NCBI GenBank assembly: GCA_963816185.1
Contig: CAWFJJ010000025.1
Coordinates: 384,001 to 448,000 of the forward strand
DNA length: 64,000 nt
Reading direction: 5' to 3'
Origin: Thermoanaerobaculia bacterium
GTDB taxonomy: Bacteria > Acidobacteriota > Thermoanaerobaculia > UBA5066
Shown piece after piece: positions 49,992-57,888 of this stretch. Position numbers and translations under genes: made by a program. Below the pieces are notes generated by a model that ran no database searches, was not told where the DNA came from, and saw nothing but the letters and a program-made list of their open reading frames with translations. Position 1 is the first letter of the stretch, and each line of letters starts with the position of its first letter.

Positions 49992-51413
49992 TCATGCGTC
50001 GCTCTCCAGCGCGGCTACCTCGGAATTGAAGGCGTCCTCGTCGGCCGGAACCGGGTCGAGACGAAGTTCCCGGTTTCGCTCCGCACCTGCGGAAGTCTGG
50101 AGACGGTCCCCCGAGGAGGATGAGGTTCCGGGTTCCGCCTTCTTATAGAAGGCGGGAACCTCGGGAACCTCGTCATCTCCGGGTGAGGTTCCGGCGTTAA
50201 GGGGAACCTCGTGGGAACCTCCGGGAACCTCAACCTCCTGACGCTGCCTCGGAGTGGTGCTGACATGCCATCCGAAGGTCTTTCCGTCCCCCTTCGGCTG
50301 GCCGTATATGCGGCCCGAGTCCTTGAGTAAACGGTGTGCAGCGAGCCGGTCGGCCCTCCGCATCTGTGTCGCGCTGCCGATCTCATCGTGGGTCACGCCG
50401 GGGTTCAGGAGGACCACGCGGTAGACCCTCTCCGCGTCTTCGCGAAGCTTGGCTGCGGGAGTCGGCCGGTCGGTCGTCGAGGCGGCCTCCAACTCGAAGA
50501 CGGCGTGCTCGCTGTCGAAGGTGAGCGCCATCGGCGGCAGGTCCATACCGTGGCGGACCTTGTCGAACGCGAGGCTCCGGTCGGTCGGAGCGGCACCCCT
50601 GCGCCGCTCCAGCCGAAGCGCGAGGTCCACGTCGTCGAGCATCGCGCCCGTACCGCGGACCCGATGCCGTCCGTCCCGGTACTCGGACGGCTTCGAGAGG
50701 TGGTGTATGAGGCAGAAGGCCATCCCGTACCGCACCGCGAGGTCCCGAAGCGGCTTCGTCACGCCAGCCATGAAGGCCGTCGAGGAGTTCTCGTCGCCGG
50801 GAAAGAAGCGCCTCAGCGGGTCGGCTACGACGAGCCGGACGTCGAGGCGGGCGCACCGCTCGATGAACTCCTCGAACTCGGCGGACGCGAACGCGGGCAC
50901 GAGCATCTTCACGGGCGGCACGTAGAGGTTGGGCTTCTCGATGCCGAGCGCCGCCGCCGCGACGTGCAGCCGCTCAAGGGAGAGGCGACGACTTCCCTCG
51001 CCGATGAACAAGGCCACGGGGACAGCGCGTGGGACGCTCCAGCCGAGGATGCCGCGCCCTGCCGAGAGGCACAGGCTGACCTGCCCCACGAGCGTGGTTT
51101 TCCCGGAGCCGCTCTCGCCCGCCACGAGGGCCACGCCTGCCTCAGGCAAGAGGCCGTCGATGAGGTAGGACTCCTGAGGCGCGGGTTCCTTGAGTGCGTC
51201 GTCCAGAAGCACGGGGGTTCTTTGGGCCTCGTTCGCCGCTTCACGCTCCGCGTCGGCTTCGGCGTCGAGGCGCTCGAAGTCCTCGGGTGTGTACGCGGAC
51301 TCCAGCAGCGCCTCTGCTGCCCTGAGTCGGTCAGCGGTGTCGGACGCGCTCTTGCGGTAGAGGTATTCCGCCGCGTCCCGCTTCAACTTCGCGCGCCGGT
51401 CGTCGTCGCTCAC
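49992..51413 (-). CDS. RepA-like AAA (SF4-type) replicative helicase
   Basis: YLIDGLLP, GESGSGKT, LVVADPL, DEN, IHHLSK, RGTG, KVR; C-terminal wHTH-like region. Confidence 0.82.
   Translation of the reverse strand: MSDDDRRAKLKRDAAEYLYRKSASDTADRLRAAEALLESAYTPEDFERLDAEADAEREAANEAQRTPVLLDDALKEPAPQESYLIDGLLPEAGVALVAGESGSGKTTLVGQVSLCLSAGRGILGWSVPRAVPVALFIGEGSRRLSLERLHVAAAALGIEKPNLYVPPVKMLVPAFASAEFEEFIERCARLDVRLVVADPLRRFFPGDENSSTAFMAGVTKPLRDLAVRYGMAFCLIHHLSKPSEYRDGRHRVRGTGAMLDDVDLALRLERRRGAAPTDRSLAFDKVRHGMDLPPMALTFDSEHAVFELEAASTTDRPTPAAKLREDAERVYRVVLLNPGVTHDEIGSATQMRRADRLAAHRLLKDSGRIYGQPKGDGKTFGWHVSTTPRQRQEVEVPGGSHEVPLNAGTSPGDDEVPEVPAFYKKAEPGTSSSSGDRLQTSAGAERNRELRLDPVPADEDAFNSEVAALESDA
50124..50230. 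repeat. GGAACC iteron-like cluster around an AT-centred palindrome (putative origin)
   Basis: 8 GGAACC/GGTTCC hexamers in ~107 bp; GGTTCC-GCCTTCT-TAT-AGAAGGC-GGGAACC. Confidence 0.6.
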
Positions 51414-51634
51414 GAGTTGTTCCCTGCGAGGGGCATGGCCGACTCCACCGGGCGCGGCGCGAAGCGACGCCGGAGCGCCTCGAGATCCACGAGGAGGAGC
51501 TTTCCGTCGCGGACGGCGGGCACTTCGCCGCGCCTCACCGCGAGCCGAACGGTGCCGACGGATCGGCCCACGTCCGCACCGCCGAACTCAAGTCTGACGA
51601 ACTTCGCTTCGACGTGTGGCGATGTACTTCTCAT
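51410..51634 (-). CDS. Small HTH/excisionase-like DNA-binding protein
   Basis: VGRSVGTVRLAVRRGEVPAVRDGKLLLVD. Confidence 0.6.
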   Translation of the reverse strand: MRSTSPHVEAKFVRLEFGGADVGRSVGTVRLAVRRGEVPAVRDGKLLLVDLEALRRRFAPRPVESAMPLAGNNS

Positions 51635-51684
51635 CGCCGCAAAGGTGTGGCGATGAGCCGAGGATTAATAGGTCACTTCTGCCC

Positions 51685-52065
51685 CTATTTGCCGCGCTTC
51701 TTCGGCCTACCTCGCGGGCGACCCTGCCCCTGCTTCGCGCGTTCTCTGTTGAGCTTCCGGCGGATCGAGTCGGCGTCCTCGAGGCCCGTACCGGGTCCAG
51801 CGATGATCCGGCCGTCGGAGCGAACGACGCCGACCTTGCCGTCTGCGAGCGCCTGCGCGAGATCGCGGGATCCCTGATACCACGGAGCGTTCAGTTCCTC
51901 GGCGCACTGCTCTGGCGTAAAGCCGAGCGCCTTCATCGTCGCCATCACGGTATTCAGGTCTCCCTTGAACGCGTGGGCCTTCAGGTGGTCGAAGTAGTCA
52001 GAGCCGCCGAGAAGGTCTCTCCTCTCCCTGCTCCTCTGCCCGACCGGCTTGCGCTTCCTCGGCAC
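51685..52065 (-). CDS. Hypothetical protein with AT-hook-like C-terminus
   Basis: GAGG RBS plus GTG; ends GRPRGRPKKRGK. Confidence 0.5.
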   Translation of the reverse strand: MPRKRKPVGQRSRERRDLLGGSDYFDHLKAHAFKGDLNTVMATMKALGFTPEQCAEELNAPWYQGSRDLAQALADGKVGVVRSDGRIIAGPGTGLEDADSIRRKLNRERAKQGQGRPRGRPKKRGK

Positions 52066-52070
52066 CGAGT

Positions 52071-52161
52071 CCTCGCCCCCTCGCTCTATGAAGGAAACCG
52101 CCGGGCGGCGTGGGGGCGAGGAACCCGACCCGTGAGTAGCTACCTCACGGTGCCGCCCGGC
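52071..52161 (-). promoter_or_regulatory. Structured 5' leader with two interleaved 10-bp helices and a hairpin
   Basis: 52071-52080/52112-52121 and 52100-52109/52152-52161 are perfect IRs; CCGTGAG-TAGCTAC-CTCACGG at 52130-52150. Confidence 0.55.
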
Positions 52162-52295
52162 ACCTCGGAAGTTAACTCAACACTACGGCACCGTGGGCGA
52201 ACGATGCAGACGGCTCATGGCGGAACGACTGCGGAGGTTCGAATCTGTTGAAAGGTGGCCCCGCTTGCGGCCACTTCAAAAGGACCGAGGACTAC

Positions 52296-53027
52296 ATGGA
52301 CCTACGCCGCCGCCCTTTCGCGTGGCTCGTCCCGTCTCTTGTGGCGCTCGCTGCCGCCCCCGCCCTCTCGGCGGTCCTCGCGTCAGTCTTGGCCCTGTCG
52401 GGCCTCGCAGCTGGTTGCTCGAAGTCGTCCTCGCCTACGGAGCCGCAGTCACTCGCATCGCTGAGCGGGTACGTCCGGCTCTGTGGTTTTGACACCCTGT
52501 CCACGCTCTTGGTGACGGACTCGAAGGGGATGCAGGGTGCGACGTCTCTCGGCCCGAACGGCAGCTACTCGTTTCCCGCCGTGTTCGCAGCGGGTCCGTA
52601 CACCATGACGATCACCAGATCCGCGATGTCGCAGAAGACGCTCAACGTGGGTGGGACGGATGCGCTCAAGACGGGGGCAAACACTTACTACTGGACCTCG
52701 GTTGAGTGCCCTACGTTAACCATTTACATCGACACGGCGACATGCGGACCGTTCAACGGGCCCGTCCCCGGCACGGTCACGCTGTCGTCAACGGGCTGGC
52801 AGTCCAGCACAATCTCGCTCGTTCCCGGCGCACCCGTGACTACGAACCTCCCAGACACGGGCGACTATCACATCCTGTTCATCGCTACGGACATGAACGG
52901 TGGGCATTTGTGGTGGGTCAGAACCCAAACGGTCGCGTCGGTCTCGAACGTCTCGCTACCGCTCGACTGCACCATCGGTCCCGGCTACGTCCGAGGTGGC
53001 GGGCTCCCGCCCATGTTCGTCAGGTGA
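52296..53027 (+). CDS. Cargo lipoprotein with beta-sandwich-like domains
   Basis: AAGC lipobox followed by SKSSSPTEP; Thr/Gly-rich, paired Cys. Confidence 0.6.
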   Translation: MDLRRRPFAWLVPSLVALAAAPALSAVLASVLALSGLAAGCSKSSSPTEPQSLASLSGYVRLCGFDTLSTLLVTDSKGMQGATSLGPNGSYSFPAVFAAGPYTMTITRSAMSQKTLNVGGTDALKTGANTYYWTSVECPTLTIYIDTATCGPFNGPVPGTVTLSSTGWQSSTISLVPGAPVTTNLPDTGDYHILFIATDMNGGHLWWVRTQTVASVSNVSLPLDCTIGPGYVRGGGLPPMFVR

Positions 53028-53043
53028 ACGACCGTCTCGGTGG

Positions 53044-53072
53044 GAGTTCACGGAGTTCACCGACGAGTTCAC
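53044..53072 (+). repeat. 3x GAGTTCAC direct repeats (integrase arm-site-like)
   Basis: 53044-53051, 53053-53060 and 53065-53072, ~100 bp from the att core. Confidence 0.55.
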
Positions 53073-53173
53073 GGGGACCGTCTGGAGCCGTCCGCAGTCA
53101 TCCGTAGTCGTAGGGGGTGTATCGGAAGTCGTTGATGCGCCGTTGTCCGCGGTTGTCGTGGGATCATCGTCGG

Positions 53174-53219
53174 GCTTTACACGCAGCAGGTCATCGGTTC
53201 GATCCCGATACCTCCCACC
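53174..53219 (+). repeat. Displaced 3' half of tRNA-Val (att site)
   Basis: GCTTTACACGCAGCAGGTC-ATCGG-TTCGATC-CCGAT-ACCTCCCACC. Confidence 0.9.
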
Positions 53220-53269
53220 GCCGAACTCATTCACGCCAGGGAATGGACCCTGGACGAAAGGAGGACGAC

Positions 53270-53854
53270 ATGGGTGATCCTATTGACATTTCGGACTTCG
53301 GGCAGCTTTCGGCGGCACCGGACGCGAGCGCCCCGCTGCTGGTTGTGTTTGGCGGCATCGACGTGCATGGCGTTCAGAGCGGCGTCTACATGTGGAACTA
53401 CATGAGCAAGATCAAGGACCGGTTTCACATCTTCGTCGCGCGCAGCAACGCCGTGAACGGCTCCCTGGCCTATCAGGCGCTGACGAGCACCCTCAAGGCG
53501 CAGAGCCTCACCGCGTCCGACCAGACCCTGTATCTCTTCTCGGGCGGCTACAGGCCTGGGATGAAGCTGCTGCCCGGCAGCGGTCCCGGCGTGTTCTCGA
53601 AGATCTACCTGGTCGACATCTGGATGGGCGTGACCAAGAAATCCGGCTCCGTGGTCCCGGACTTCTACAAGGCCCTGGTGGATGGGAACGCGGGTAAGGT
53701 CACCTACGTCTTCACGACGTTCGGGGCCAACAACGATAAGGCGAGGGATTACATCGCGAAAAAGTTGGGGCCGAGTAAGGCGGTCTTGGTCAAGGGCGGG
53801 GGCATGGACGTCCACATGTCGACGAATACTGTGGCCGTCAAGATGCTCCCATAG
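53270..53854 (+). CDS. Hypothetical protein, possibly alpha/beta-hydrolase-like fold
   Basis: AAGGAGG RBS; PLLVVFGG, LYLFSGGY, IYLVD and a C-terminal His. Confidence 0.55.
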   Translation: MGDPIDISDFGQLSAAPDASAPLLVVFGGIDVHGVQSGVYMWNYMSKIKDRFHIFVARSNAVNGSLAYQALTSTLKAQSLTASDQTLYLFSGGYRPGMKLLPGSGPGVFSKIYLVDIWMGVTKKSGSVVPDFYKALVDGNAGKVTYVFTTFGANNDKARDYIAKKLGPSKAVLVKGGGMDVHMSTNTVAVKMLP

Positions 53855-53927
53855 GAGCGCTCGCCCAGCCGGTGGCGTCGAGCGCTCGCAGGATGAAGTT
53901 CTGAGAGTGACCGCACGCCCGCGCTGC

Positions 53928-53964
53928 CAGCAGGTCGCCGGTTCGATCCCGGCACCTCCCACCA
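53928..53964 (+). repeat. Second displaced 3' fragment of tRNA-Val (probably the original host end)
   Basis: CAGCAGGTC-GCCGG-TTCGATC-CCGGC-ACCTCCCACCA. Confidence 0.88.
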
Positions 53965-54055
53965 CCTCTTCGAAGGCGAGCCCGCGGTTGCGGCGGAACC
54001 CCGTCTCTGTATACTCCGGCCTCCCGCCCAGACGCGACCGTCGTGGGACGGAATC

Positions 54056-54132
54056 GGGGTCGTAGCTCAGTTGGTTAGAGCGCAGGCCTGTCACGCCTGA
54101 GGTCGCGGGTTCGAGCCCCGTCGGCCCCGCCA
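54056..54132 (+). tRNA. tRNA-Asp(GTC)
   Basis: GGGGTCG/CGGCCCC acceptor, CAGGC-CTGTCAC-GCCTG anticodon arm, GTTCGA, CCA. Confidence 0.96.
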
Positions 54133-54207
54133 CTCTCCCAGGTGACACGGTTCGAGTTTGCTAGACTGACGCCGTTCCGGGAGCCGCCCATCGCAAACGT
54201 TTCGAAC

Positions 54208-56061
54208 ATGGCGCCGGAGTTCGAGCACTACACGGTTTCCCGCGTTCTCGGCGAAGGCGGGATGGGTCTCGTCTACCTCGCGCACGACCGGCGGACCGGC
54301 CTTCCCGTGGCCATCAAGGTCATGTCCAAGCGGGAGTTCGACCCCGAGCTGCAGGCGCGGTTCCTGAAGGAGAACCGAATCCTGTCGGCGCTGAACCACC
54401 GCAACATCGTGCGGTGCTACGACATCACGGAGTCCCTCGAGGGCATGCTCTCCATCGTGATGGAGTACGTCGACGGCGTCGACTTCCGCGCGTTCGAGGG
54501 GCGGCCGTACCCCGAGCTGCTGCCCCTTATGATCCAGGCCCTGATGGGTCTCGCCTACCTCCGGGGCCAGAACATCGTTCACCGCGACCTCTCGTCGAAC
54601 AACATATTCGTGACGCTCGAGAACCAGACGCGCGTCACGAAGATCCTCGACTTCGGGGTCGCGAAGATCCTCCAGCAGCAGGCCGTGGACGGCGACGTCA
54701 GGACGCGGACCGGGCAGTTTCTCGGAAAGTTCGCGTTTGCCTCGCCCGAGCATTTTTTCCCGTCGAGCATCGACTGGCGGAGCGACGTGTACTCGCTCGG
54801 GGTGATCTTTCACCGGCTGTTGACGAAAAAGCCGCCGATCACCGTGGCCCGCAAGGCGAACTATTACGAGTGGCTGGTCGCGCACCAGCGGGAGAACGTC
54901 TTCGAGGTCTCGGCGCCCCCAGGCGTCCCGGCTTTGCCCGAGGCTCTGCGGGACATCGTGCGGCGAATGCTGGCGAGGAGCCCGGACGACCGCCCCCAGA
55001 GCTACGAAGAGATCCTCGGCGTGCTCGACCGGATTCAGCGCGGGCTTTCGGCCGGGCTCGAGCCCGATCCGCTCCTCCTCCGGACGCTTCCTCCGCCGGT
55101 CGAAGGGAGGATCGGCTCGTCGGGGGGCCGGTCGGGGCCGACCCCCTCGTCGCCATCCGTGTCGCCTCCCATCGCCCGCTCCGCCCCAGCGATCGTGAAA
55201 GCGGCGAACCCGATATCCACCGAAGCATCCCAGCAGAAGAGGTGGCCCGACCTCGACGTGCCGGAGTCGCCCACCGAGATCTTCGAATCCATGCCTTCTC
55301 GTCATTCGCCCGGGGTTTCCGCCACCCCCCAGCCGCCGGCCGACACCCTGACGCCCGAGACTTTCCCTCCCGCGAGTCCGGCGATGACGGAGCAGCTTCC
55401 GCCACCGGCCTCATCGGATGCCACGAAGACGGCGCCGACCGTGGTGTCCGAGAGATCGGAGAGGTTCTCCGAGATCTCCATGTGGTCGGGAGGCGCTGCG
55501 AAGGAGTCGGAGCCCGAACCGGTCAGCTCCTCGTCCGACGTCGTGGAGGACAAGACGGAAAGGCTCGACGACGTCATCGCGAAACTGAGGCAGAAGTCGT
55601 CGCAGGAGCCTCTTCCCCCGCTGAGGCAACCGTCGACGCCGGAGCCTCTCTCTTCGGGCCTTCCGCTCTCTTCGGAACCACCGCCCCAGCCCGTGCGCCG
55701 GCCCGAACCTTCGCCGCAGCGCGCGAGCGAGACCGCTCCCACGGCGCCGCCGAAGCCCGGCAAGCGACTGGTCGTTTACGGTGAGCAGCCGCCGGCCGTC
55801 CCGATCCCTCCCCGCGCGGTGCCGCGTGCCGTGGCGCCCGCGCCGCCTGTTCCTGCCCCGAAGGCGACCGATCGGCGGATCCGCGGGATCGGCATTGGAT
55901 TGATCGTCGCTGCCATCGTCGTCCTCTTTGTCGCCATCCTGTGGGTTCTGATCTCCCTCCTGCGCGGCTCGGCAGGCGAACCGCGCAGGAGCAGCCACGC
56001 CGGTCCCACCGGGGTCGTCGCCGCGGCGGCCCTCCGATCCGTTCATCCCGAGCCCGAATGA
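54208..56061 (+). CDS. Ser/Thr kinase with long Pro-rich linker and C-terminal TM
   Basis: GEGGMG, VAIK, HRDLSSNN, DFG, FASPE, DVYSLG. Confidence 0.9.
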   Translation: MAPEFEHYTVSRVLGEGGMGLVYLAHDRRTGLPVAIKVMSKREFDPELQARFLKENRILSALNHRNIVRCYDITESLEGMLSIVMEYVDGVDFRAFEGRPYPELLPLMIQALMGLAYLRGQNIVHRDLSSNNIFVTLENQTRVTKILDFGVAKILQQQAVDGDVRTRTGQFLGKFAFASPEHFFPSSIDWRSDVYSLGVIFHRLLTKKPPITVARKANYYEWLVAHQRENVFEVSAPPGVPALPEALRDIVRRMLARSPDDRPQSYEEILGVLDRIQRGLSAGLEPDPLLLRTLPPPVEGRIGSSGGRSGPTPSSPSVSPPIARSAPAIVKAANPISTEASQQKRWPDLDVPESPTEIFESMPSRHSPGVSATPQPPADTLTPETFPPASPAMTEQLPPPASSDATKTAPTVVSERSERFSEISMWSGGAAKESEPEPVSSSSDVVEDKTERLDDVIAKLRQKSSQEPLPPLRQPSTPEPLSSGLPLSSEPPPQPVRRPEPSPQRASETAPTAPPKPGKRLVVYGEQPPAVPIPPRAVPRAVAPAPPVPAPKATDRRIRGIGIGLIVAAIVVLFVAILWVLISLLRGSAGEPRRSSHAGPTGVVAAAALRSVHPEPE

Positions 56062-56071
56062 AGGAGCGGTC

Positions 56072-56710
56072 ATGACCGAAAACCGACCTGGACCTCCCGG
56101 CGATGTAGACGTCACGGCTGCGAGCCCGGCTCCCGGAGGAACGAAATCGCTGAAAGACATGCTGTCCAACGCGCGCGCGCAGTCCCGCGGGCAGGGGGTC
56201 GTTCAGGGTTCCACGATCTTCTTCAAGAACCTCGCCGAGTCGATCGGGCACTCGAACCGGAATCTGAAGATCGGGCTGGCCTTCCTGACGGCCGCGTTCG
56301 TCGTCGTCGCGGCGGCGCTCGGCACGCTCGTCTTCCAGGCTTTCCGGAGCCAGGTCGCCACGAAGACGACTCTCGAAAAGCAGATTCAATCGATGGACGC
56401 GGCGACGCGGAAGCAGATTCAGCCGGTCCTCGACGCGATGACGGGCCTGGACAAGAAGCTCTCCGACCAGCAGGAGGCGCAGAGGCGCGAGCTGGAAGGG
56501 GTCCGTCAGCTGCTCCAGGCCGACATCGACGCGGCGAAGCAGGACGCCGCAGCGGCGCGCCGCGAGACGGCGGAGCTCCGCACCTCCCTGAAGGCGGTCG
56601 AGAAGTGGGCCGAGGATTTCGGAAAGACCTACGTTCAGGACCGCAACAACCTCGACACGCGCTTGAGACGCCTCGAGGGCGCGCCCGCCCCGGCCCCCGC
56701 GACGAAGTGA
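56072..56710 (+). CDS. Single-TM coiled-coil protein
   Basis: AAGGAG RBS; one TM followed by a long heptad-rich helix. Confidence 0.65.
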   Translation: MTENRPGPPGDVDVTAASPAPGGTKSLKDMLSNARAQSRGQGVVQGSTIFFKNLAESIGHSNRNLKIGLAFLTAAFVVVAAALGTLVFQAFRSQVATKTTLEKQIQSMDAATRKQIQPVLDAMTGLDKKLSDQQEAQRRELEGVRQLLQADIDAAKQDAAAARRETAELRTSLKAVEKWAEDFGKTYVQDRNNLDTRLRRLEGAPAPAPATK

Positions 56711-56722
56711 GGAGCCGCGCTC

Positions 56723-57880
56723 TTGAGCTTGCGCTTCGGATTCGGCCTCGAAGAGATCGAGCTCGGCGAGATCGTGGGCCGGGGCGGCTCCGGTGAGGTC
56801 TTCGCGGCGCGCCATCGCGAGACCGGGGCCCGCCTGGCCGCGAAGATCTACCCGTTCGACCGGATGGATCCCGAGTTCCGCCCCCGTGAGCGGTTCCAAC
56901 GCGAATGCCGGATCCTCTCGAGGATGGAGCACCCGGCGTTTCCGGCTCTCTACGGCTGCGGCGAAGAAGAGGACGGGAGCACCGGCTGGGCGTTCATGGA
57001 GTGGATCGAGGGCGAGCCCCTGTCGGCCTACCGCTCCGCGCCCCTTCACGAGGTCATCCGGCTCGCCTACGGCATCGCCTCGGCCCTCGATGCCTTACAC
57101 GTCCAGGGAATCCTCCACCGCGACATCGCCTTCGACAACGTTCTCGTCGAGACGCGTCGCTTCGGCCACAACCCGCGGCTGATCGACCTCGGCGTCGCGA
57201 AAGACATTTCGTCGAACGAGGACCTGACCATGGCGGGAGCCTTTCTCGGCCGCGTCCCTTTCGCCTCACCCGAGCTCCTGACGGCGGAAGGAGCGGCCGG
57301 GCTCGTCGATCCGCGGAGCGATGTCTTTTCTTTCGGCGTTCTCCTCTACGAGTGGCTTTCCGGAAAGCCGCCGTTCCCGGGCGAGACGCCGGAACGCGTG
57401 ATGAAGGCGCAGAAGAAGAGAGCGGCGCCGAAGCTGGAGCTCAGGGAGAGCGCGGGCGAGGCGGACCCCGGCTTGGCGGCGTTCGTGGAAAGCCTCCTGG
57501 AGACCGAGATGGAGAAAAGGCCGTCTTCCGACGCCGTCGTTCGGCGGCTGGGCGAGCTCAGGACTCTTCATCCTCGGCCGGTCCTCGAGCTTCCGCAATC
57601 GCCGGCCTCCGTCTATCGCGCGGACTCCATCGGATATGCCCTCCTGCCGAGGCGCTTCGGTGCAGCGCCGACTCTTCGGAGGCTGCGCGCGGTCTCTTTT
57701 CCGGAACCTCCGCCTCAGCCGGCCCCGGTCGAGTCCGCGCCGCGCGAGGAGCCTTCCCGCGAGGGCGTTCTCGCCGGAGTCGGCTCGCGACCCGGAATCG
57801 GCGGCCTCGTCCTCGCCCTCGGAATCCTGGCTTTCGCCGCGGCGTGCGCTCTCGCGGCGTACCTCGTTTTCTGGCGCTGA
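56723..57880 (+). CDS. Ser/Thr kinase with C-terminal TM
   Basis: GRGGSG, AAK, HRDIAFDN, DLG, FASPE, DVFSFG. Confidence 0.85.
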   Translation: MSLRFGFGLEEIELGEIVGRGGSGEVFAARHRETGARLAAKIYPFDRMDPEFRPRERFQRECRILSRMEHPAFPALYGCGEEEDGSTGWAFMEWIEGEPLSAYRSAPLHEVIRLAYGIASALDALHVQGILHRDIAFDNVLVETRRFGHNPRLIDLGVAKDISSNEDLTMAGAFLGRVPFASPELLTAEGAAGLVDPRSDVFSFGVLLYEWLSGKPPFPGETPERVMKAQKKRAAPKLELRESAGEADPGLAAFVESLLETEMEKRPSSDAVVRRLGELRTLHPRPVLELPQSPASVYRADSIGYALLPRRFGAAPTLRRLRAVSFPEPPPQPAPVESAPREEPSREGVLAGVGSRPGIGGLVLALGILAFAAACALAAYLVFWR

Positions 57881-57888
57881 CGGTTCTT

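Larger units (their letters stand above)
47845..53219. mobile_element. Decayed integrative element (phage satellite/PICI-like) in tRNA-Val
   Basis: Bounded by the tRNA and a displaced 3' tRNA half; integrase fragment, TerS-like, AlpA, AAA helicase and HTH genes. Confidence 0.8.

Noticed and set aside
53174-53964. Extra tRNA genes at 53174 and 53928
   Set aside because: Both lack the 5' acceptor strand and D-arm; they are att remnants.
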